Positions 49,908 through 62,299 of a stretch of DNA of 64,000 nt are shown here, one piece after another (position 1 is the first letter of the stretch; each line of letters opens with the position of its first letter). The position numbers were made by a program, and so were the translations under genes. The DNA comes from Aplysia californica. Taxonomy: Eukaryota. Under the pieces are notes generated by a model that saw only the letters and a program-made list of their open reading frames with translations, did not search any database and was not told the origin of the DNA. Location: contig NW_004797305.1 of assembly GCF_000002075.1 (NCBI RefSeq), positions 1,749,575 to 1,813,574 of the forward strand. The letters run 5' to 3'.

Positions 49908-52049
49908 TAATGATCAGTTGCCGAGGGGAAAGAAAAGACTGACGTGTGTATCTGCGACGTTCAACGCCGAGACCGCTAGTGCCGCCGCCCCCCCCCCTCC
50001 TGGACACGCACACACAGCCACACGTGTGCAGGCCGCAGTGCTTGCTCCAATACATGTTTTGCTCTATACGCACGCAATTGCATGCACAAATACATTTTTT
50101 TGCTATACACGTACACAATTGCGTGCAAGGTATCATACTTTGACACTATTCACGCAATTCCGTGCCGTAATGCCAAAGATTCTCTATTACTTGGATATTA
50201 TCTTGCTCCTTGGGCTTTTGTCCGCTCCATGGCGGGCCCGCTTTGCCGTTTATCTCGTGATGGGCTACGTCGCTAGGGGATGCGAGGTTAGTTTCATCGT
50301 CAACTGCTTGGGGTGTGTGTACAACTTTGTTTGGGGAGGAAAAGAGGAGGTACAGAATGGTACTGGTACAGGCTAAATTTATGGAAAGAGAATAACTGAG
50401 ATTGTTTAAAGATAACACAAATTAACACACACTCAAAAAAAGAACGAAAGGGAAAAAAAGGGTTTGGGGTGGGGTTCCTTTTTTTTTCAACCCACTGTCA
50501 AATTCACCTACCTCAGGTGGCCAGACGTGGTCTCGCATTGCCCAATGCTTTGACATAAATTTTGAATTGGCCCTTCACACTCTGGATGGGCCGCCATAAT
50601 CCATTGACCTGCCGTTGTTGTTAGTCCCTCCTGTAAATGTTTACCCAAGTTGACCAATGGGTAGGCTTAACATTACTAACAATACATTTCAACAGCTGGT
50701 AAGGGAAGCGTGATCCGTAATAACCTTTTAGCCCCATCCACAACTCATGCACAAATCATGTGTGAGTGTGAGGTGACTGGTCACTATTTTGTTTGCCTAA
50801 TCTGTAACAAAGTAACAATGGACTTTGACGTGAACTTGCAACAGAAGCATCGCTCGTTCTCCGAGTGGTGTCGACCCGTGTGTATGTTTTACCATGGCAC
50901 TCGGTCTTCATCGTCTTACTTACATAATGTTTAGTTTATTTTATCCTTGTACTAAACCAGCAACAAAAAGAAAGCTTACTGCAAACAAAAAAAAACCCAT
51001 CAAGACAACAAACAAAAAAACCCTTCTTACACCAGTACCCTCCGCCATTTTTCAAAAGAAAACTAATACCCTTTTGAATTAGCCCTACAGCAGTCTAAAG
51101 ACTGAGATCAGCCCTGGTTTGGACCTCAGAAGAGAATGATTTGCTTTTATTCATTTTGACTAGTCCTGCCTAAGACGACAACCTGTGTTATACGGCCTCT
51201 TTTCTCCTTGTCAATGGGTGGCCGTTTTACACAGGTTTGACTGTACACACAATTGTGGTGTTAAAGAAACTTCTGTTCAAGCAAACTATGATATCTTGCA
51301 CGCAATTGCTTGCGTATAGCAAAATTTGAATTTCTGTGCACGTTGTTGCGTGCATATAAACTCAGCCGTCCTAAGAGCAATCAAAGCGTTCCCAAGGGGG
51401 TTGCTGTTAAGCAGACTCCATGTACTGTAGTACTAGCACTAGATGAGAATGAGACAGGTTGAGCTGAATTCTGAATGGTGCCTGGCTAGGACTAGACTAG
51501 GACAAGAAGGGGGAAGAAATTCCAGATACTGGTGTACATGTACTGCCATTAAAACAGTAATTAGAAGTACGAGACCAAATACTAAGAATTATCATGACAA
51601 TAGGGGTTTAGACTGGACTAGACAGGCTAGGCTGGATCCTGGATGGTGCTTGACATGACACTTGACAAGGCCCAGGCTAGGACAAGGAAGGAGGAGAATT
51701 TCCAGTTGTGAATATCATGATGATTGTCAAAATACTGGTTAAAATTAAAATTTGTTTATAATTGTTTTGAATTTGAATTCTGTTTTAGTACATGATGTGC
51801 AATTTTTGTTGACTTGTTTGTCTGATAAATAAATAATAATATTATAATATATATATCATGATTTAATAAAAGATTGCTTCTACAGAGGTGACAGGAGATA
51901 AAAACAAAAATCAAATACAAACAAATAGATCGAACCATTGTCATTTAATCCTCTTTTTGTTTTCTCACATTGTTGAAATATTGTATTTATACCGCAACTC
52001 ACATTTTCTAAGACAATGATTTATATATGGATATTATAATACACTCATC

Positions 52050-52465
52050 ATTTAGAGCCATCATGTGGATATTCTGTCCTGGGCGCTTTGGAGTGAAGGG
52101 CAAGGAGGAGGCTGATAGGCTGGCAGGCAGTGACGTGGTTGATGGTGACGTGAAATTTGACAAAGGAGAGAAGTGTTGAAGATCCTGGAGGAAAAGTTGT
52201 GGGATGAAGAAGACAGGGAGACAGCAGAACACCACGCAATCATTAGGATGCGGGAAATGGGGATAGTGAGGGGAGAAGGAAGAAAGGAACGATTATCTGG
52301 AAAGGAAAGACGTCGCCATAATCAGACAGCTACTGGAACAATCAATATGGATACCTTGTGGGCTTTGGTGTTGTTGGGAACTGAGCACTTATGGACCTGT
52401 CCGGTGTGCAATGACGTTGTTGCCCAGGACCTGTCCGGTGTGCAATGACGTTGTTGCCCAGGACA
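52050..52465 (+). mobile_element. Decayed RNase H-containing LINE 3' end (Ingi-like)
   Basis: WIFCPGRFGVKGKEEADRLAG (RNase H C-terminus), then HNQTATGTI...LWTCPVCND; ends in a tandem duplication of about 34 bp; in-frame stop present. Confidence 0.7.
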
Positions 52466-52659
52466 GGCAATACCAGTATCAGAATAGGAAAATGTCCACT
52501 TTTTGACAAAGGCAGAAAAAAGTCAAGGAAAGAATTTGGTCTTGAGGCCAGTAGCAGTATATGAAGGGTTTGGGAAAGCTTGTAATATTCACTTACAATA
52601 TTCTGTCTTTTTTTTTTCTTGCAGTTTGAGTTGATGCTGCAAATGACAGTTTGTTTGCT

Positions 52660-55600
52660 ATGAAAATGAATCTGCCGCCGGATCGTCAAGGACACTTGAG
52701 CGATTTAATGTCCAAATCTGTTGGTGAGCTCAAAGAACTTCTTGAGAGACAAGAAAAAATTCTGTCTGGAAGGTAAAATCACATTGATTGCTAATGTAGT
52801 TACAACAAAATGTGGGTTTACAAAAACAGTTCGTATCTACTTTTATTTGGGATTCTATTTTGCATTTGTATTTTGTTTCAGTACTCTTGTTCAAGTTTTT
52901 TTGTGTATGCTGCACTAAAATTTAGTTTTGTGCCGAAGTAAGTTTACATGTCATGTCAGTTTATAAAGTCACTCTAACTAATTTTTTTAGCTGAATAGGG
53001 CTGCAGTTTATCATTTTGTTTTTATTTCAGTTCCTTTCTATTGTCCTGATGTATATTTTTCCTTTGGTCTAGAGGGAGAAAAGTGACAAATGGTGGACAG
53101 TGGAACCGGTAATGGTTTTTAGTCTCAAATGGAGGAATTTTGTCCCAGAGGTGCAATTCCAACTTGACACCTAGTACAGAGGTTGATGCCTGTGGTATTT
53201 GCTTTGTTAAGGTTTACCTGACCAGTCTGAAATATGAACATTCACAGCATAAGAAATAGCTCCATTTAGACCTTTAATATGAATACACAAACATAGCTGC
53301 TCCCCACTATGTAGTGCCCTTATTTACTGTAAATTATAAATGAATTTGGCTTGCCTTAATTTTGGAAGATCTTTGGTCATTTTTGGGGTTTTCTTTTAGT
53401 TCACTGAGTTGTAGATTTGCAATATCTTTGAAAGTCAAGTCTGTGCAGTATCTTCTTTAACCCTTAGATTCGTACGCCCTGGGGTCATTTTGTACCCCCA
53501 CGGTTGTATTCTTCACATTTTTAGAATACTTCCAGTACGAAGATCTTTTTGAAACTTTCTGTATTTCTCAAAAAATCATTTTGACAGACTGCCATGCAAA
53601 ACGTACGGATCGGATTAACGAGTAGATTTCCTCTTTGAAAGTGGTGGCACAGAGTTCCCCTCGTCGTATGGATACGATAGTAAAACACAACGTACAGATA
53701 AGGTTAACCTGAATAAACCACCGTTACTACCAAACCATTGACCAAAGTAATTTTTCTTTTAATATGTTTTGTTTTTTCTTCCTTCTTTGTTTCAGGGCAT
53801 TTCTTAAAACCTTGCCTGATAAAGGAGAGAGATGTAGAAAATTTGCAGAACATTTGAGAAATCTTATATCACAAAAGACTGAAGCATTTCGTCGTACCTT
53901 ACCTAGCCAAACTGACATGGATCATGTATCAGGGTTCAAGCAAATGTCAGATGTAGTAAAGATAAATACAGAAATCTTTGGTTCTGAATTAGTGAAAGAT
54001 GTGACAGAAAGGAAAGTAGGATTGTCTGCAGTTGCTGACAGTGGTGTTAAAGAAACTTCTGTTCAAGACCATATGGATATAGCTTCAAGTTTACAAGTGA
54101 GTCAAGTATATTTCAGTGTACTATGTACTGTAGTCTCCACTGAAGATCCCACCGCTTACAATCCTGGTTTACTTGAGATCCCGCTTTTTTAAGAAAACAG
54201 AATTTTTACTACACAAAAGTCACCCCTAAGATCCAGCTCTTAAGGATTACATTCATCATTCTACTAAGATCCCACATGTGAAATAATAATTTACGGAACA
54301 AAAACTTGGGGGGTGGGGGGGCACGCTTCATTTACAAGACAGTCAATACTTTCATGATGACCCATGGAAGTTCGAACACACAGTCTACACCGCAGCAGTG
54401 GAGTGTGTTAAGAGAAACACAAAGAACGCAAGTGATGGAGGCATACGCGACTCACACGGGCATTGAGGCAGCACGCGTGGACATTGGATCTAGCCTACGG
54501 CAAAGCTACACACAGACACAAAAAAATACAAAGAGAGTCGTGGAGACGAGAAAGGGAGGCAGGCCTCGATTTCACCTTTGACCCTTGCTATCCTTTAATC
54601 CTGATTGTGTATAACGCACGAGGTGGGATGAAGGCGGTGGTATGAATGTGGCACAGCGGACAGTGTTTGGTGTGTAGGCCTAGTGTGCTGTATCGTGACT
54701 GGCCGTCTAAATTAAGTTTTCATTCCCCGTTCGACCACCAAACAAAAACAAACAAGCAAACTAAAACTACCATGGGGGGTAAAAATAACAGTGCACACTT
54801 TTGCGGGACCGCTATGGGATTATAGGCCTACTTACAAATAAAGGGAAATAGCACGGGAAATTTTCTACATGAAAATCTCTGGATTATGTCCACTTCGCTC
54901 TCAAGCACGCTTCGGCATTAAGCACGCTTATGCTTTCTCCCGATGACCGTGCTTAAAGCCGGCATGGACTGTACTGCCCGTTGCGTCACAGGTCATCCAT
55001 TCTCGTGAAAGTGATCATAGCTCCATTGAAAGTCACGACGAAATGTTACTATGTTTGCCCCAGATGGGATCACACTGAGGTGGGAACTCGTCGATGCGTT
55101 TGTTTTCCGTATATATACATTACACTCGCACCTGAGCTCTCTACCTGAACTTACTTTACAATCTGGGTGGGTAGTGCCTACAAATCTGTATCGGATGGGA
55201 TCATATGGAACTGAACTCTTCAGTGCTTTTGTTTCCCTGTCCACTGCCGTGGTAGTTGTCCGTACACCCTAATTTGCTAGACAGACTGAATTTGAATTGG
55301 TGTGGTCACAATGCAATGTTGCGTTGCGACAAAAGCGGGGGAAACTCGGTCAGAGATGGAAAGCTGTCAATTTTTGGACAGGTAAAGTAAAGGGGAGGAG
55401 AAATAGAATCAGTCTAGATCTTGCGACTCACAATTGGATGAGTGTTGCCTTTGTCTTTGTAATCGGTCATCAAGGTTGACTACTCTTTGCTCCCCTTAAG
55501 TCTTATACCCACCCAGGGGTCACATCAGTTCGTTTCAGAGTAAGGGGAGACCATTTTACTAGTTGTGGGCCTGACCATGAGTCACAATAGATTATTCCCT

Positions 55601-58600
55601 TGGTGCGTCAGCAAAGATCTTGTTCGCCGTAGAAGTAAGATCCACATTTTCCTTGCTCTCAAGCACAGGGATCTTAGGCAGAGACTACCGTAGTACCCTG
55701 ATTTAGAGCCTCACTCTTATGATATGTAAATAATTGTTTTGTTAACATTTGAGCAACTTATTTATTTTCAATGAAACTGCTAAGCCCCATAGAAAAGATC
55801 AAGGCTTTTTGTTGTCAATTGCCTGTGACATTTAAGTAACATTGAGCCTAGATATGAAAAGAATGGAAGACAGAGAGAGGAAGTGAGAGAGACGGAGAGA
55901 TTCACATATATATGAGTCTATGAAAAAACGAAACAGAGAGAGTGGTAGAAACAGATAATTATGTATATATATATTACAACAAAAATGAAGTTGCTCAGCA
56001 CCAATTTTTCCAATACGCTAGTAATGGAAGAGTGTGCCTTTATAAATGCAAGAAAATTGTAAAATCCAGCTTTATTACAGTAGTCTTTGTTTAAAATGGA
56101 CTCAGGGGAAAATTAATTTAGAATTTAATGATAACATTTCGGCTTCTTGTGACTATATTTTGTTGAGGACAATAAAAGACTGATGATATTTTTATTGTAA
56201 TATTGGCTTTTTTCTGCATTCCCTTTACTTCAACTCATGTAAAGTTCACTGGGCTTTGAAGTCACACACCAAGCTACTTTTCTATCTTTTCTGATTTACT
56301 GTTTTCCTTGACTTTTAAAGAAGTAGGAAAATATAATTTGTGCTATATTATTTCATTTGCAGAAAATAAGCATCAGTCAACCTGGAGAAAAGAAGGTTTC
56401 AGAGACTGATGTGCCACAAAATGTTTTTGAGAGGGTTGTAAGAAAGATGGAGAGAGCAACACCTCAAGAAAAATTTATGCCCAACAGGTATAGTATTCTA
56501 TTTTTTAAGAAAACTTTCTACCAGTTGCAGTAATTTCGACAGTGCTTGCAGAGAAGGACTTTACTTTACTTTTACTTTTCCGACCCAGCGGCCATTTGGG
56601 TTCTAGCCCTTCGGTCTGTCGATATGGCAAAGAATTGACAGGTTTTAATCAGTTGTGCTTTGTACAGAGAAGGACAAAGACTCATATAATAGCACAGGAC
56701 TCTATTTACATTCATGTACACACACATTGACCATAATTAATATATCTACCAAAGTCTATCTATCCACTTAAATCCACCCTAAATTCTGTGGAATCATTTC
56801 AGACTGATGGCCCTGATAGTCTAGTAGTTAGGCTACCGGACTCTTGGGCATATTTGGTTGTTGGAGGCTCAGCCTTGTCTAACGTTGTGTCCTTGAAAAG
56901 GCACTTCACATGAAATTTCGCGTTTGGTTTAGTCCTGTTGGAGATGGACGTTACATTCAGAGGTCCCGCCTCTATAACCGTACAGTGTTGCAATGGAGGT
57001 AAAACCGATACAATTTCAAGTTCATTTTTTTTTTTTCATTTCAATCATTCACTGATTTACATACTTAAATGATGGCAAAACTCATTCTCTGCTTTACGAC
57101 TTTTTTCTTTGTTTTCTTGATCTTTGTCAACTTGGGACCTCATTAGTTTTTTAACACACGACTTTTTCAAGCCAATTGTACACTAAGAGCAAAGTTACAT
57201 TCTAATTATTGCATTACTGAATCAAATTGCTCGTTTTCATTTGTAGAGGAAAACCCTTCATTGCTTTGCCACCCTCAGAACTCTCAAGTCCAAGGCTGAC
57301 ACAAAGCAAACATTCCGCCCCCACACTGTGCCAAATACTAACGTTGTTGAGGAATCCAATGTGAGGCCTCCAGAGTACAAATTCAAGGAGTCAAAGCTGA
57401 TTTCAATCAACGAGTCTGTGAAACTCATAGATGAGCAGAGAGCAAGAAATGAGGTTGGTTAATTTCAGAAGACTTACTTTTTGCTTCTTTTACTTTCCGT
57501 TTTGTCGATATATATAAATATGGACCTGTACAGTAAAATTACATAAGCTGATACTGATTTTAAATCAAGAAAAGCAGTTTTTGTCTTCAAACTGATTAGA
57601 GTTTATTTTTGTGTGTGCTTGATAACCAGTGTCTGTAATAGCTCAGGAGCAACAGGGCTGGGCCTTTCTATTTGTTTTACTTCATTTTGTCAAAACTGTA
57701 TTCTCCACTTTCTTCTTCCTTCCATGTAAGGAAAACTGGTTCAGGTATTTTCAACAGCAAAAAACATTTTACTTGTGTTTCAGAAACTGATAGCTGAACA
57801 TGCTGCCCAACGGCTGGCTGCGCAACTTGTACCAAAGATGGCAACTTACTCAGGTCAAGGGAACATGCAGTATCCTTTTTGGGAGGTAGCTTCATTAATT
57901 TATTATTGGAAATTTAGAGAAATGTGTGACTAAATACTAGCTCTGTGCTTTTCTTCAGATGGAATACATACTCATTTTGACTCATGTTTTTGGGTATTTG
58001 TTTTTTTCTTTTGAATGAGTACTGTGACTGTGTGCAGTATACAGAATATGTGGTGATTTGTCATTTTTTTCTAACAGAGGGGGAGAGAGGGTTTAGAGAG
58101 ATTAGTTGGAAATGTATGCTCTGATTGATTGAGAGAGGAAGAGAGAGAGAGAGTGTGTCAGGGTTAATGCTTCCATTGACTTGAGAAAGTTCAGAAAGTA
58201 TAAATAGTCAACCTGGGCTATGGTCTTCTCTTCTGTCAAGCTATATTCCATCTCCTAGGTCGGAATCTAAGTCCCTCCTCAACATACTCTTAGGCCTTCC
58301 TTTCTTTCTCTTTCTGTGTAGATTCTATCATAAGGCTTAGAAGGTAATGTTTGTTTTCAGTTTTGAGATGGGTTCAATCCACTTTCATTTTCTTTCTAAA
58401 TTTCTCTTGATTTGTTAGCTCTAATAGAGTTGTATTCTTTTGGTGTCTGGTCAATTAATTTTGCCTGTGGGTATGCGTACGGCCTCCCGTACACATAGCC
58501 TCATAACTATGCGTACGGCCTCCCGTACACATAGCCTCATAACTATGCGTACGGCCCTCCCTCCCGTAGGCATAGCCTCGTGGCTATGCGTATGGCCCTC

Positions 58601-59837
58601 CCTACGTACGGCCCTTAGATTTAGGTAGAAGTACGCTCACGGCCTTGATAATCTCTCAGCTGGACCGCATCACTTTATCGATCGATATCTTGGCCAAGAC
58701 AAGATAGTTCACTCCTCTATAATTAAACCAATGAAAAAAAGTGTCCTCAATATTCGGTGGCGCCCTTTTCGAAAAAGTGCAGACTTTGCGATGTGTGTGA
58801 AAATATATGATAAAAGTGAAATTAACAAAGTGTGCTATTCCTATTCTTCTTCTGGTGAAACGAAAGAGAGCTTCAAAACAAAGACTGCAGAGTCATCTGA
58901 ACCAATGTGCGGACTTCCGCGGGCACCTTTTTGGCTGAGTGAACTATTTTGTTATGTACGATCTTTGGCCAAGAGACGCTCTACGAGGTCAAGATAACTT
59001 GCCAAGTCATTGGTCACTATTTATAACTTTGACCTGTAATTTACTACGTCATTTTCCATTAAAGGAATGCTGAAATTTTCCATTGAAAGAAGGTCAGCGT
59101 CTATGCCCTTTATAGCTGCTCGCTTCCCAATCAAAGTAGGTCGTCCCTATATATAGGGCCTGCGCGCTTCCCGGGTAGCCTGGCTCACGCCCTTTATAAA
59201 GGGCCTGTGCTTTTCCAGGGTTTAAGTTTTTCCACTTGTAGTGTCGGGTTTGATAGTTTATGTGCCGCCAACAAAGCCTAGCTTATTATGTGGAGTGGAG
59301 GGCATAGCCACTTCGATTAATTTTTAGTATTTTCTTAAGCAGCTAAAATATAGGTTACCGAGTATGAACAGTTTTTTTAAAACCAGCTAATAATGATCAT
59401 GTTGATGGCTTTTAATCTTCTTTTATTTTCATTTGAATTGTGAAGAAATAAAAGGATGGGTTCATGTTAGAGAATGGACTTTATGAAATCAAACTACAAA
59501 ACTGTTTCTATACTTATACCCTCACTCCCCCTATCCACCCCTCTCACATGTAATACAGGGAAGTTAAACTTACTCTTTGTAAGTCTTTTCCATCTAAAGG
59601 CTCAGTTACAGTACGGTACCCATTTATTTAGATGGTGCTTTGAATTGTCCTTGTTTCACATTATTTTACTTTAGCAGGGGAGTGGGTGCCATGTGAGAAT
59701 ATGGTTTGTCCTTAACTGTTCATAGATACAGGGAGCCTAAGCTACCAGAACAGGGAGACAGTGATGATGATGAAGATGAAGAGGAGACTCAAAATTTTCA
59801 GCCTGATGACGACGATGATGTTGATGACAATGTTTAA
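52660..59837 (+). CDS. POLR2M: RNA polymerase II subunit M / GRINL1A (Gdown1), about 303 aa. Exons 52660-52772, 53796-54096, 56363-56487, 57279-57453, 57784-57869, 59726-59837
   Basis: N-terminus SKSVGELKELLERQEKILSGRAFLKTLPDKGERC contains the Gdown1 LPDKG motif; also KFMPNRTLK, KLISINESVKLIDEQ, HAAQRLAAQLVPKMATY, YRE and an acidic tail. All exon phases are consistent when the last intron is spliced as U12-type. AATAAA at 59933-59938. Confidence 0.9.
53461..53703. mobile_element. piggyBac-like MITE (related inverted copy at 34260-34468)
   Basis: TTAA flanks on both sides, CC...GG ends; body aligns in reverse with 34260-34468. Confidence 0.7.
54128..55690. mobile_element. Tc1/mariner-like non-autonomous element in a POLR2M intron
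   Basis: Imperfect TIR CTGTAGTCTCCACTGAAGATCCC / GGGATCTTAGGCAGAGACTACCG, TA flanks, subterminal AAGATCC repeats; no transposase ORF seen. Confidence 0.7.
56559..56668 (-). mobile_element. Short 3' end of the same LINE family as 8630-9442
   Basis: Near-identical reverse complement of about 9335-9442, including the (AAAGT)n tail. Confidence 0.85.
57870..59725 (+). other. U12-type (minor spliceosome) GT-AG intron of POLR2M
   Basis: 5' site GTATCCTTTT at 57870; branch point TCCTTAAC at 59709-59716, with the AG at 59724-59725; no long polypyrimidine tract; splicing gives in-frame MQ|YREPK. Confidence 0.88.
58473..58612 (+). repeat. 36-bp minisatellite (two exact units plus degenerate units)
   Basis: ATGCGTACGGCCTCCCGTACACATAGCCTCATAACT head-to-tail, no spacers. 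Confidence 0.85.
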
Positions 59838-60156
59838 GCAGGCAGCATGTTCCAAGGTCCACACTCAAGGGAGATAACATGAAAGAAATTTCTCTGGCGA
59901 ATTCTCTTTTCTTTTCTGCTAAATCGTGCTTTAATAAAGTGCAGCCGTACCACAGAACTGAAAAAGTGATAAAATCTGGTACCAGGCCTTTTTCTGTTCT
60001 CTGTGCCATCATGCCACTGAAGATCTAAGGATACACATGGGACACACATGCTACTAACATGTGGGATCATCATTTTGTAGAGATGTTAGCGCTATGAAGA
60101 GAAATGCCACTCTTTGTGAGGATTTTGAGCCCCATAATTTTCACTGCTTGTTTTAA

Positions 60157-61081
60157 CTCACTTCAGACGCGTCACACAACAGTTGCGTGACCCCCGCCAT
60201 GACGCTCGCGACGGGTCTCACAAGCCCTGCGTGACCAACTTTGGAATTTTTTTTTCGCTCTACAAATCACGCACGGATCGCGAGACCCGCCTCGTACCCT
60301 TGTTTGGCCAAGCCTGAGCTACTTAAACTTCGTTTCGTATCTCTGGGGCCGGTAGTTTTTAAGTTATTGAAGGTGAAGGACAGTGACCCCAACTGGGGTT
60401 GAACAGACCGGAACTCGCGCTTTGTTTTTTTTCTATACAGCTCATAGTAATCCGACAGTCGCGTCGTAGTAACGGTCGAAGAAGTCGCATGAACAAGAAT
60501 CACATAATTTCGCCGTTTTCTATACTTCTGTGCGTTTTACTAGTTCTAGTGTCTCAGAATATGATGTGTCTAATAGTTAGGATCCTGGATATGTACCCGA
60601 ACACGGCCCGAGTCGTAGTTCTAGGGCTAGATCTAGCACTAGTACCGGTGTTGTTTTTCGCGCAACGAAATCACAACGTCGTGCCGTACATCTGTCTCAT
60701 GTAATTCAGTGTATGGGTCTGAATCAATTCACAGACCAGCTTTTATATTTCCACCAAACACTTGCACATGTATACAAATCAAACCAGAACACTTTGAACT
60801 TTTATTTTTGTTGTTGCAGTGAATTTCATTCTACTTGTCACGTCTCTGGAAATTTTTCGAAAATCAAATTCATGCCAATTTTTAAAATATCATACGAATT
60901 AAAGTATTAGACTTAGACAACTTTAGTTTTTTGTATTAGATTAAGCTTGAATGTTACTTTACTGTGTCAAAAAATGATTACAATAGGGTAATTCTGAGAG
61001 TTGTGGTGATTTATTTAAATTCCCCCCAAAACGCCAGTCTTCAACGCTTGTGACTGGTGAAAGGGCCCAGTCGCAAGTGAG
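60157..61081. mobile_element. TTAA-flanked non-autonomous DNA element (piggyBac-like)
   Basis: TTAA-CTCACTTCAGAC ... GTCGCAAGTGAG-TTAA; CpG-rich body contrasting with the flanks. Confidence 0.6.
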
Positions 61082-62299
61082 TTAATAAAGTTCGGAGTGA
61101 ACATCTGTGTATAGGAACCTGGCAACTTAGACCTCATGGCTCCAAGACAAAAAATGTGTGCGAACCATGAGCTTTGGAGAAAAAAAAGATGCAACTACCT
61201 GTCACTAAAAACAGACCATCCGACTCTTACAAGGTAATTTGTATCGCTCATCCTAATTCTATGGGTTTCTTTATGGTGGGTAGGCCTATTTGCAGATGTT
61301 CAAGGTGATATTTATGGTTTGATTCGGTAGTGGTACATGCTCTTTTGATTGATTGCTGATGTTACAGCAACTTATGTCCTCAATTACCATTAAAATGAAG
61401 ATTGATCTTTCTTGACTGTGAACTGTTAGTACCGTTTAGTGATTTAATGAACAAAATCCATGTGCTTTTTTGGCTTTTTTCAAAGGTACGAAAGTAGCAT
61501 GTTGGAGTAAGAATATGCCGTTTGACTAAGTTATACTTATATGTATTGGCATACAAGTATTGGTGACTGTTGGTACTCTAACACTGTATTTGTTATTTCA
61601 TATAATATAGAGAAATAGGTATACTTAAATCAGTTTCGTGATTACTTGGTCACTGCTGAGTTTGTTTTGGTTTTTGTTGACACTGTTGTCAATTTCAGTT
61701 TCCTATTGGAAGTGGCCAAGTGTTTTTGAGCTTCAGTTGATACAAATTTCAGGATGGAGCCAATTGCATGGTGGGATCCAATTGCATGTCATCTTGCCAG
61801 TTACGTGGCAAATTTGCCTGCACCGTTCAGTTTCGCACCAAATCGTTTACCGCTTTCCTCTCGAAAATGCGCAGTGATGTTTTTTGCAATGACGACATAC
61901 CAGTTGGGTGTCGCATTTCTCCTTCCTAGCACACCATGGCATTAGTATTTGACAAATGCTATTAGGAAGTAAACTATTACTGAGTCATGTACTTGTGATT
62001 AAGATGAGAGAATGTATAAAAATCAGATGGATTTGTTAGGCCTCTCTTCTGAGCCTAGTTTCCTATTTCTGACATGATTTTTGTTCTTGCTTTATCCCGA
62101 ACCCTCTCCCTTATCCAAAATACGTCAACTGACTAAAAATAATCATTTGCAACATTGAACACTTTGAAATAGACAGAAGAAATCTAAATTAACAGGAGAA
62201 AACTCAGTAATTCTAAAACATCACCACAAAACAGTTGTGTGCAACTGATACATCGGTGTTATCAATGTCATCTTGAATCTTCTTGAAAGTTCTTCTTCT

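Larger units (their letters stand above)
47982..50030. mobile_element. Interrupted copy of the 10880-12030 MITE hosting three nested insertions
   Basis: Left TIR TA-CAGTGGAACTCAGATTCAACGAG; host segments at about 48570-48648, 48915-49110 and 49910-50030 are collinear with 10950-11670; right end not found. Confidence 0.8.

Noticed and set aside
49846-50418. Overlapping 65-152 aa ORFs here and most other short ORFs in the track
   Set aside because: They fall in MITEs, SINEs, microsatellites or antisense to real exons and show no protein-family motifs.
58473-58612. 36-bp direct repeats resembling a CRISPR repeat length
   Set aside because: Units are head-to-tail with no unique spacers, there are no cas genes, and the array lies in a eukaryotic intron; it is a minisatellite.
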